IMG/VR virus record: IMGVR_UViG_2548876958_000011
Source of the DNA: a virus
Lineage: Duplodnaviria; Heunggongvirae; Uroviricota; Caudoviricetes
Strand: one strand, 5' to 3'
DNA: 5,204 nucleotides
Below the pieces are notes generated by a model. It had not been told where the DNA came from. It searched no databases and saw only the letters and a list, made by a program, of their open reading frames with translations. Position 1 is the first letter of the stretch. Each line of letters starts with the position of its first letter. A program made the translations under genes and the position numbers. Of the stretch, positions 1 through 5,204 are shown piece by piece.

Positions 1-200
1 CCCGGTGTCCTCAACGGGGAAGGAATAACCCCGCCATACTTACCGCCGCGCCATTTTGCGGGTTGCCACAACCGGAAGCGCACGGTCGAATTAAATTTAA
101 CGACACCGTACAGTGAGACGAACTTCGCCGTGCGCTTTCGTGTTGTGTGCCTGCTTTTAACCACGTCAGGCGAGGTGGTATCCTTAAAATCACCACAGTT

Positions 201-776
201 TTAAGGATTCATTAAGCAATGTCGCAACCACCAATAAATCCGCTTAAGAACATGAAAATTGATTACTGGTATAAAGCGCTTACAGTTGTTGGCGCTGCGT
301 TGTTTGTCTTTAATGGAACGTCTTTTTTTGACAGATATCCCGTTGTTCCATTGGGTTTTTTGTCCTCCGGCATCTTTTTTATTGGTTTGGGGGAGTGGAT
401 TAATCACCCTCTCAAAGTGAGATTTATTGGCCCTGGAGTTTGGACTCGTGGATATAATCGTTCTTCGTGCGCACTCGGTATCATCTTCGACATACTTGGT
501 TGTTTCCTGATTGTTACAGGAGTCGTCAAGTTCTTCTGATGTAAAACCGCAAATGGGGCACGTAACGGGAATTTTGAAAAGCGTTTCTCCGGGTTCCAGA
601 ACAAAATTTTCTGCGGTCTGATTTTGCTTCTCATATTTGTGCTCCGCGTCATTGTGAGAGCACATTCTTATTCTGAGTGCCTGTTTAAACTCACTGAAGC
701 TGAGAGCTTCTTCGCCTTCGGCAAGGCCTTCGAAGTATTCTTCGTAAGCCTTTTCCATGATTGTGTCGAAATCCAT
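201..776 (-). CDS. Acidic hypothetical protein, 191 aa as read to the first stop; C-terminal extent uncertain
   Basis: ATG at 776-774 preceded by AGGTGA with 5-nt spacing, 1 nt after the TGA of the upstream 51-aa ORF. N-terminal ~80 aa acidic and protein-like (MDFDTIMEKAYEEYFEGLAEGEE...). The distal ~110 aa is K/R/N/S-rich low complexity and is the codon-aligned antisense of the 219-539 membrane ORF, so it may be a shadow. Confidence 0.4.
   Translation of the reverse strand: MDFDTIMEKAYEEYFEGLAEGEEALSFSEFKQALRIRMCSHNDAEHKYEKQNQTAENFVLEPGETLFKIPVTCPICGFTSEELDDSCNNQETTKYVEDDTECARRTIISTSPNSRANKSHFERVINPLPQTNKKDAGGQKTQWNNGISVKKRRSIKDKQRSANNCKRFIPVINFHVLKRIYWWLRHCLMNP
219..539 (+). CDS. Small predicted membrane protein, 106 aa, about three hydrophobic segments; possible superinfection-exclusion-type function
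   Basis: ATG at 219 preceded by AAGGA (202-206); in-frame TAA at 213-215 prevents upstream extension. Hydrophobic stretches ALTVVGAALFVF, LGFLSSGIFFIGLGEWI and ALGIIFDILGCFLIVTGVV. Opposite orientation to neighbours, as for sieB in Rac-type prophages (synteny recall only). Fully overlapped antisense by the 201-776 ORF. Confidence 0.5.
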   Translation: MSQPPINPLKNMKIDYWYKALTVVGAALFVFNGTSFFDRYPVVPLGFLSSGIFFIGLGEWINHPLKVRFIGPGVWTRGYNRSSCALGIIFDILGCFLIVTGVVKFF

Positions 777-777
777 A

Positions 778-933
778 TCACTCACCTGAGTTTCTTTCCA
801 GCCAGCGACGGGCACCATTTTCGGTTTTAAACGTTTTGCTTTTGGTATACGTCATCGCGGTGAACGTGCCGTCCTGGTTGGGGAACACGCCACATACCAG
901 AGATTCGCTGTTGCCAAGATCGATAGTATCCAT
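778..933 (-). CDS. Small hypothetical protein, 51 aa, first gene of the leftward operon
   Basis: ATG at 933-931 preceded by AAGGGGAAATGAGG; stop TGA at 780-778. Protein MDTIDLGNSESLVCGVFPNQDGTFTAMTYTKSKTFKTENGARRWLERNSGE. Sits where the tiny ydaF/ydaG-type genes lie in Rac-type prophages (from memory, not verified). Confidence 0.5.
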   Translation of the reverse strand: MDTIDLGNSESLVCGVFPNQDGTFTAMTYTKSKTFKTENGARRWLERNSGE

Positions 934-1013
934 GCTGACCTCATTTCCCCTTAACGCCGGGGTAGCGGAACTGTTTGCTGAGAACACCGTGCGGTGTCTT
1001 GATGGAAAGTAAT

Positions 1014-1063
1014 TTAGAATAACCTAACATGATAGGCAAGTGTTTTTTGTTAGATTGGTCTAA
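1014..1063. promoter_or_regulatory. OL-like operator pair with candidate leftward promoter
   Basis: Perfect palindrome TTAGA-TTGG-TCTAA at 1050-1063, flanked G...C to give GTTAGA-N4-TCTAAC. Imperfect copy TTAGA-ATAA-CCTAAC at 1014-1028. On the minus strand a -35-like TTGCCT (1039-1034), 17-bp spacer and -10-like TAAATT (1016-1011) overlap the second site. Confidence 0.45.
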
Positions 1064-1101
1064 CAAAAAGAGTGGGCGCAACTAATCACTTGAAAAGAAT
1101 G

Positions 1102-1509
1102 TTATTTTATTGATTTATTTTTACGCGCTTTAAGCATTTCTTCGAAGAGTTTGTTGAAGTTTTCTACTCTTGCGCGCATTTCAGACAGCAAGGCTTCCTG
1201 CTCGGAAGATGGAAGAGCATCGAATAATTCGATCAATTCTTTGTGGTTGGGAGTTAGCTCTGTTTCCACATGAAGTTCTTGTGCAGGCACTGGTGCCTTG
1301 TCTTCGTCACCAAACATTAGCCATGTAGGTGAGCACTTCAGAGCATCCGCTAAAGCAAACAATCGTTTTCCGACTGGCTGGGTTTCGTCTCTTTCCCATT
1401 GTGAAATTGTGACGTGAGCAACTCCAGCGAGGCGCGCAGCTTCTCGTTGTGTTAAGCGTAATTCTTTTCGTCGCGCCAGAACTCGCTGGCCTAGGGTTCT
1501 TGTATCCAT
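1102..1509 (-). CDS. XRE-family HTH repressor (cI-like, DicA-like), 135 aa
   Basis: HTH segment LTQREAARLAGVAHVTISQWER near the N-terminus. Size and C-terminal region (CSPTWLMFGDEDK ... MRARVENFNKLFEEMLKAR) resemble DicA-type repressors as I recall them. Divergent from a Cro-like gene. No SD upstream of the ATG at 1509, suggesting a leaderless mRNA. Confidence 0.88.
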   Translation of the reverse strand: MDTRTLGQRVLARRKELRLTQREAARLAGVAHVTISQWERDETQPVGKRLFALADALKCSPTWLMFGDEDKAPVPAQELHVETELTPNHKELIELFDALPSSEQEALLSEMRARVENFNKLFEEMLKARKNKSIK

Positions 1510-1510
1510 A

Positions 1511-1574
1511 GTTAGGTAATTCTAATTTTTCTTGACTTAGATATCCCGCGCACAATAATGTTAGAAAAGTCTAA
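1511..1574. promoter_or_regulatory. OR-like region: rightward promoter with overlapping operators
   Basis: -35 TTGACT (1532-1537), 16-bp spacer, -10 AATAAT (1554-1559). Perfect palindrome TTAGA-AAAG-TCTAA at 1561-1574 over the predicted start site; imperfect GTTAGG-TAAT-TCTAAT at 1511-1526 upstream of -35; lone TTAGA half-site at 1537-1541. On the minus strand a TAGAAT -10-like hexamer (1525-1520) lies ~10 nt before the repressor ATG. Confidence 0.55.
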
Positions 1575-1589
1575 CAAGAGGGGGCTTTG

Positions 1590-1817
1590 ATGCTTAAAGT
1601 TGACGCAATTACTTTTTTTGGCAGCAAAACAAAGCTTGCCAATGCCGCAGGAGTGAGACTGGCAAGTGTTGCTGCTTGGGGGATACTGGTTCCTGAAGGT
1701 CGCGCGATGCGTCTACAGGAGGCATCTGGCGGGGAGCTTCTGTATGATCCCAAGGTTTATGACGAATATCGTAAGACGAAGCGGGCGGGGCGGTTGAACA
1801 ATGAAAATCACTCCTGA
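1590..1817 (+). CDS. Cro-like small DNA-binding protein (DicC/YdaS-like), 75 aa
   Basis: ATG at 1590 with AGAGGGGG 5 nt upstream; the track's start at 1587 is TTG one codon earlier. Segment FGSKTKLANAAGVRLASVAAW is HTH-like. Divergent from the repressor across the operator region. Resemblance to DicC is from memory. Confidence 0.75.
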   Translation: MLKVDAITFFGSKTKLANAAGVRLASVAAWGILVPEGRAMRLQEASGGELLYDPKVYDEYRKTKRAGRLNNENHS

Positions 1818-2322
1818 ACAGGCTCGTGAGGCTCTGGATGCCTGGATATGTCGACCAGGAATGACACAGGAGCAGGCGACGATATTAATCACTGAAGCAT
1901 TCTGGGCTTTGAAAGAGCGCCCGAACATCGATGTTCAGCGTGTCACAGATGAAGGTGGCGCGGTTGATCAGCGAGCGCTTGGCGTTAATCGAGTGAAGAT
2001 ATTCGAACGCTGGAAGGCTATCGACACCAGGGATAAGCGTGAAAAGTTCACGGCGCTAGTGCCTGCAATTATGGAGGCTATCCGGATTAATGATTTCAGG
2101 TTGTATCGTGAAATTAGTGACGGAAAAAGCATCACGTACATGATCGCCGGGTTAAACAAAGAATATGGCGATGTGGTGGAGTCCGGACTGCTTTTTGCTG
2201 ATCCTGCCGTAGTGGATCGTGAAACTGACGAACTTATAGAAAAAGCAATTGCTTTCAAACTTGCGTATCGACAGCAATACCAACAAAAAGCTGGATGGAA
2301 TTATGAGCCTTCTTTTTGCTGA
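1801..2322 (+). CDS. YdaT-like protein in the cII position, 173 aa
   Basis: ATG at 1801 overlaps the Cro-like stop by 17 nt. Immediately downstream of the Cro-like gene, where Rac/CP-933P-type prophages carry ydaT, reported as a CII functional analogue. Assignment is by synteny and recollection, not alignment. Confidence 0.55.
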   Translation: MKITPEQAREALDAWICRPGMTQEQATILITEAFWALKERPNIDVQRVTDEGGAVDQRALGVNRVKIFERWKAIDTRDKREKFTALVPAIMEAIRINDFRLYREISDGKSITYMIAGLNKEYGDVVESGLLFADPAVVDRETDELIEKAIAFKLAYRQQYQQKAGWNYEPSFC

Positions 2323-3268
2323 ACGCCCACTGGTTATAAACACACAGCTTGCGATGAAGATTGGCTTAAATGAAGCCATTGTGTTGCAGCAGTTGCATTA
2401 CTGGTTGAGAGATACCAATTCCGGCATGGAATGTGATGGTGTTCGCTGGATTTACAACACAACGGAACAATGGCTGGAACAGTTCCCATTCTGGTCAGAG
2501 TCAACGTTAAAGCGCGCGTTTGCAAGTCTGAAAACGCTGGGGCTTTTGCGTTGTGAAAAGCTCAATAAATCAAAGCGCGATATGACCAATTTCTACACGA
2601 TTAACTATGGGAGCGAGCTTTTAGATGATGGCAAATTGAGCGAATCCATCGGTTCAAAATGCGCCGCTCCATCAGGTCAAAATGACACGATGGAAGAGGT
2701 CAAAATGAAACGCTCCATTGGTTCAAAACGACCCAATGTCATCGGGTCAAAATGGCCCGATGATCCTACAGAGAATACAACAGAGATTACTACAGAGAAT
2801 AAAAACACTTTTCGTCCGGAAGCTTCGCAACCGGACCCGCAGACGGCTGAACAGGATTTTTTAATCCGGCACCCTGGCGCAGTTGTGTTTAGTGCGAAAA
2901 AACGCCAGTGGGATAGCCAGGAGGATCTGGCGTGTGCGCAGTGGATATGGGGGCGGATCGTGGGTCTCTACGAACAGGCCGCCAGTGATGATGGCGAGAT
3001 CATGCGACCAAAAGAGCCTAACTGGACTGTCTGGGCCAATGATGTGCGCACAATGCGGATGCTGGATGGCAGAAGCCACAGACAAATTTGTGAAATGTTT
3101 GGTCGGGTACAGCGGGATCCATTCTGGGTAAAAAACATCATGAGCCCGTCAAAGCTCCGCGAAAAATGGGACGAACTGGTCATCCGCCTGGGGCGTTCAC
3201 CTGTACAGCGTTGTGTTAATCATATTTCTGAACCGGATACAGAAATTCCGCCTGGTTTCAGAGGATAA
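2303..3268 (+). CDS. Phage replication initiation / replisome-organiser protein (O-like), 321 aa from ATG 2303
   Basis: N-terminal wHTH-like segment (LVINTQLAMKIGLNEAIVLQQLHYWL) typical of phage initiator N-domains. Iteron array and A/T-rich block lie inside the gene, as for ori-lambda inside O. The track's start at 2249 is TTG; ATG 2303 is preferred and overlaps the upstream stop by 20 nt. Confidence 0.8.
   Translation: MSLLFAERPLVINTQLAMKIGLNEAIVLQQLHYWLRDTNSGMECDGVRWIYNTTEQWLEQFPFWSESTLKRAFASLKTLGLLRCEKLNKSKRDMTNFYTINYGSELLDDGKLSESIGSKCAAPSGQNDTMEEVKMKRSIGSKRPNVIGSKWPDDPTENTTEITTENKNTFRPEASQPDPQTAEQDFLIRHPGAVVFSAKKRQWDSQEDLACAQWIWGRIVGLYEQAASDDGEIMRPKEPNWTVWANDVRTMRMLDGRSHRQICEMFGRVQRDPFWVKNIMSPSKLREKWDELVIRLGRSPVQRCVNHISEPDTEIPPGFRG
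2646..2755 (+). repeat. Replication-origin iterons, five copies of CCATYGGKTCAAAAYG-like repeat
   Basis: TCAAAA cores begin at 2654, 2677, 2700, 2723 and 2747, spaced 23/23/23/24 bp (about two helical turns). Copies fall in different reading frames, so conservation is at the DNA level. Confidence 0.7.
2765..2810 (+). other. A/T-rich block next to the iterons, candidate DNA-unwinding element
   Basis: Three tandem ACAGAGA(A/T)TAC-like units (2769-2802) followed by AAAAACACTTTT, directly downstream of the iterons, mirroring the ori-lambda layout. Confidence 0.5.
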
Positions 3269-3308
3269 GTTTTGATTTCAGGTCATGAGGTAATTTTAAG
3301 GGGGACTT

Positions 3309-3710
3309 GTGGCAAAAGTTTTTACACAAGAAGAGCGGGAAAAAATTAAAGGGCAGGTGGTGGAACTCGTGCGCCAGAGCGGTCGTGAGACGTTACGGCA
3401 ACTGGAAGCTAAAACAGGTGCGACTAGATATCTGATGAGCGTTCTTGCCAGAGAGCTGGTAGCCAGTGGCGATGTATACAACTCCGGCTACGGGTTATTC
3501 CCGTCTGAACAGGCGCGTAAGGACTGGCAAAACGCCCGCAAAAAACTCTCGAGGGCAAAGGTGAAGAAAACAGCTGTGGTTGATCCGGACCTTATCTGGT
3601 CGTTACCTGATGGAGAAATACGTCGCTACGACAGTCGCCTAAACATAATCTGTCGCGAGTGCCGGATGAGTGAAGTTATGCAGCGCATACTGGCATTTTA
3701 TCAGGGATAA
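3309..3710 (+). CDS. Hypothetical protein, 133 aa, possible winged-helix fold; function unknown
   Basis: GTG start at 3309 with strong SD AAGGGGGA (3299-3305); stop TAA 3708-3710. No Walker A motif, so not a DnaC/P-type helicase loader. Basic C-terminal half. Confidence 0.6.
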   Translation: MAKVFTQEEREKIKGQVVELVRQSGRETLRQLEAKTGATRYLMSVLARELVASGDVYNSGYGLFPSEQARKDWQNARKKLSRAKVKKTAVVDPDLIWSLPDGEIRRYDSRLNIICRECRMSEVMQRILAFYQG

Positions 3711-3806
3711 TGTTAGGTATTTTAGACGTTACTAGATTAAAAAGCATTAGTTCAGGAGTGAATTGACATTCTCATTTTTCATGGCACAGGGTAGATCTGG
3801 CGTGGT

Positions 3807-3832
3807 TGTCCGCTTTGTGCCAAAAGCGGACA
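3807..3832. terminator. Perfect 10-bp stem-loop in the convergent intergenic region; candidate terminator or RNA structure
   Basis: TGTCCGCTTT (3807-3816), loop GTGCCA, AAAGCGGACA (3823-3832). No clean U-tract on either strand, hence low confidence as an intrinsic terminator. Confidence 0.3.
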
Positions 3833-3928
3833 TCGAATAATTTCAGCAGCACTCAACCTTATTAACCAAATCGCCTCAACTCATATGGACATGCATCCGG
3901 AAGTGCCAACTTCGTAAACTTATTCACT

Positions 3929-5176
3929 TTAAGTCTGAGCCTCACTCTCTTGGCCATAAGTGGCTTGCCAGTATCTCGCCGTAGGGTTCATTAGAATGTG
4001 CAATACAAGCCACCATGCAAAAATGCAGGGAGGTTGATTGTAGTAACCGGCAGGCACATATCCGTGAGCTAGTTGATTTCGTAAATCACCATAGATTTTA
4101 TCTACCAGTAAGGCCTGAAGATTGCCAATTATGTCTACGCCGAAAGCTTCAATAATCAGTGGATTATCTAGTAATCCCTTGAGTCCATTTCGCTCTTGCG
4201 AACCGTCCCCGTGAAGCTGCGATGGTTCCTCACCTTTAATTTTAGCCACATATCTCAGACTATTTTCGATCTGGGGAATCAACACGTGGCATGCCGTCAT
4301 AAAATCTCCATTGAAACCGCAAACCATACCCTTGATGAAAAACTCTTCATGCCCAAACGGGATGAAGGGATGATTGATGAACATATCGCGAAAAAACGCC
4401 TCCGAGATTGGATATTTCATTGTGATCTCATCTGTAGCAGGAATAATTTGCCCAGCTACTGCCAACTCATGGTCGATACGCATTCTCGTCATCATTATGG
4501 GCCAAATAACTGCCCCATTTGCATCATCAATCCCCAATCCTGCGGGTATGCGAGCAAGTGTCATTCCCTCATGATCAATATGTGTTGATCCAAACATCCA
4601 AGCTATGCTGTTGGCCTTTTGTTCTATTGCTTGAGCCTTAAGTCTCTCAATGCTGGTTGGCCGACAGACCAGCATCGCAAGTCTGAAAACCATATCAAAC
4701 AAATCTCTTCCGACTACCCGACTCTTGGCTTGATGGACAATCTCACTAATATCTTGAGGGGGAGACTGAAGGATAGACATCTGGTGACGGGATTCGATTT
4801 GGTAATCACGCATTTCTTCATACAGCGCAAGACGTTCTATTCGGGTTCCTGGAATATTAGCCAGTGCTTCAATAGCATTCTGCATGCAGGCTGCCGAAAT
4901 CATACCGCCATCTTGGAATTTTGACTCTTCCAGATGTGTATCGGCAAGAAGCCGCCAGAATTCAAACTGTGTATCTCTGTCACAGCACCTATTCGCAATC
5001 GGGATTGCGGTTTTACAGGCATCGACGGCAAATGAAAATAATTTTTGAGCCAGATAGTTTTTTGTCAGAAACAGGAGTTCCTGGGCAATAAAAGATGGCT
5101 CACTCACTTTACAGTCGATATCGAGTTGCAGGAGTCGCAGCGGATAAGGTGGATTTGCCCCTATATTTCCAGACAC
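3929..5176 (-). CDS. Hypothetical 415-aa protein with C-terminal HEPN-like R-x4-H-x-Y signature; candidate abortive-infection / defence protein
   Basis: Long ORF convergent with the phage early operon. Motif DLRNQLAHGY at residues 364-373 (nt 4058-4081). Duplicated IDHE motifs (HIDHEGM, RIDHELA) mid-protein. GTG start at 5176 with weak SD, so the N-terminus is uncertain. Stop TAA 3931-3929. Confidence 0.7.
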   Translation of the reverse strand: MSGNIGANPPYPLRLLQLDIDCKVSEPSFIAQELLFLTKNYLAQKLFSFAVDACKTAIPIANRCCDRDTQFEFWRLLADTHLEESKFQDGGMISAACMQNAIEALANIPGTRIERLALYEEMRDYQIESRHQMSILQSPPQDISEIVHQAKSRVVGRDLFDMVFRLAMLVCRPTSIERLKAQAIEQKANSIAWMFGSTHIDHEGMTLARIPAGLGIDDANGAVIWPIMMTRMRIDHELAVAGQIIPATDEITMKYPISEAFFRDMFINHPFIPFGHEEFFIKGMVCGFNGDFMTACHVLIPQIENSLRYVAKIKGEEPSQLHGDGSQERNGLKGLLDNPLIIEAFGVDIIGNLQALLVDKIYGDLRNQLAHGYVPAGYYNQPPCIFAWWLVLHILMNPTARYWQATYGQESEAQT

Positions 5177-5204
5177 CTGTTATCACTTAACCCATTACTG
5201 GCTT

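Larger units (their letters stand above)
1..5204. mobile_element. Partial lambdoid prophage: immunity and early replication region
   Basis: Gene order and orientation: divergent XRE repressor and Cro-like gene with palindromic operators, followed by a CII-position gene, an initiator with internal iterons, then a reverse-strand moron-like gene. Boundaries are not visible in the window. Confidence 0.7.

Noticed and set aside
1-200. Left-edge region: 61-aa minus ORF 11-196, and a minus-frame reading open from GTG 164 to the window edge
   Set aside because: The 61-aa ORF is Arg/Ser/Cys-rich with no RBS. The edge-running frame gives a basic peptide (VKSRHTTRKRTAKFVSLYGVVKF...) that could be the start of a gene leaving the window, but the nearest SD is 16 nt from the GTG and the fragment is too short to support a call.
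778-987. Longer track versions of the leftward ORFs (start 987 for the 69-aa ORF; ATG 818 for the 205-aa ORF)
   Set aside because: The upstream start codons lack a Shine-Dalgarno sequence, whereas internal ATGs at 933 and 776 have strong ones; the start at 818 would also overlap the upstream ORF. Shorter forms preferred.
404-1012. Track ORFs 404-652 (-), 624-830 (+) and 761-1012 (+)
   Set aside because: Alternative-frame or antisense shadows of the 219-539, 201-776 and 778-933 ORFs; no RBS and implausible composition.
2249-2302. TTG start at 2249 for the replication initiator (339-aa form)
   Set aside because: It would overlap the preceding gene by 74 nt. ATG 2303 gives a typical short overlap and opens directly on the conserved N-terminal domain.
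2646-2755. Regularly spaced short repeats that could be taken for a CRISPR array
   Set aside because: Repeat units are ~14-16 bp at 23-bp phasing with only ~8-bp spacers, lie inside a coding sequence and are followed by an A/T-rich block. This fits origin iterons, not CRISPR.
1307-3481. Minus-strand track ORFs (1307-1555, 1571-1753, 1713-1928, 1968-2258, 2152-2379, 2334-2525, 2861-3085, 2968-3183, 3296-3481) and plus ORF 2883-3131
   Set aside because: They overlap the repressor or the rightward operon genes in other frames or strands, with Ser/Arg/Cys-rich junk-like translations; the assigned genes explain the region better.
3763-3768. Perfect TTGACA hexamer suggesting a promoter
   Set aside because: No acceptable -10 element 16-18 bp downstream on that strand; it overlaps the TTG of the mini-ORF instead.
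4196-4924. Plus-strand ORFs 4196-4588, 4374-4574 and 4619-4924 from the track
   Set aside because: All lie antisense within the 415-aa gene, have Cys/His/Ile-rich low-complexity translations and no convincing RBS; treated as shadow ORFs.

Overview
The window reads as the immunity and early-replication region of a lambdoid enterobacterial prophage (Rac/Qin-like, DicA/DicC-type switch), with one convergent reverse-strand gene that is the best candidate for a novel defence function. Everything here is from reading the sequence and the ORF track; no database search was run. Layout: (i) 201-933, a leftward operon of a 51-aa ORF translationally coupled to an acidic ORF, which is overlapped antisense and codon-aligned by a small 3-TM membrane-protein ORF on the + strand; (ii) 1102-1509 (-), an XRE-family HTH repressor flanked on both sides by GTTAGA-N4-TCTAAC palindromes (OL-like and OR-like); (iii) 1590-3710 (+), a rightward operon of Cro/DicC-like protein, a YdaT/CII-position protein, an O-like replication initiator containing five ~23-bp-periodic iterons plus an A/T-rich repeat block inside its own coding sequence, and a 133-aa ORF; (iv) 3929-5176 (-), a 415-aa ORF convergent with the phage operon, carrying a C-terminal R-x4-H-x-Y (HEPN-type) signature. 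No rRNA, tRNA or CRISPR array is evident.
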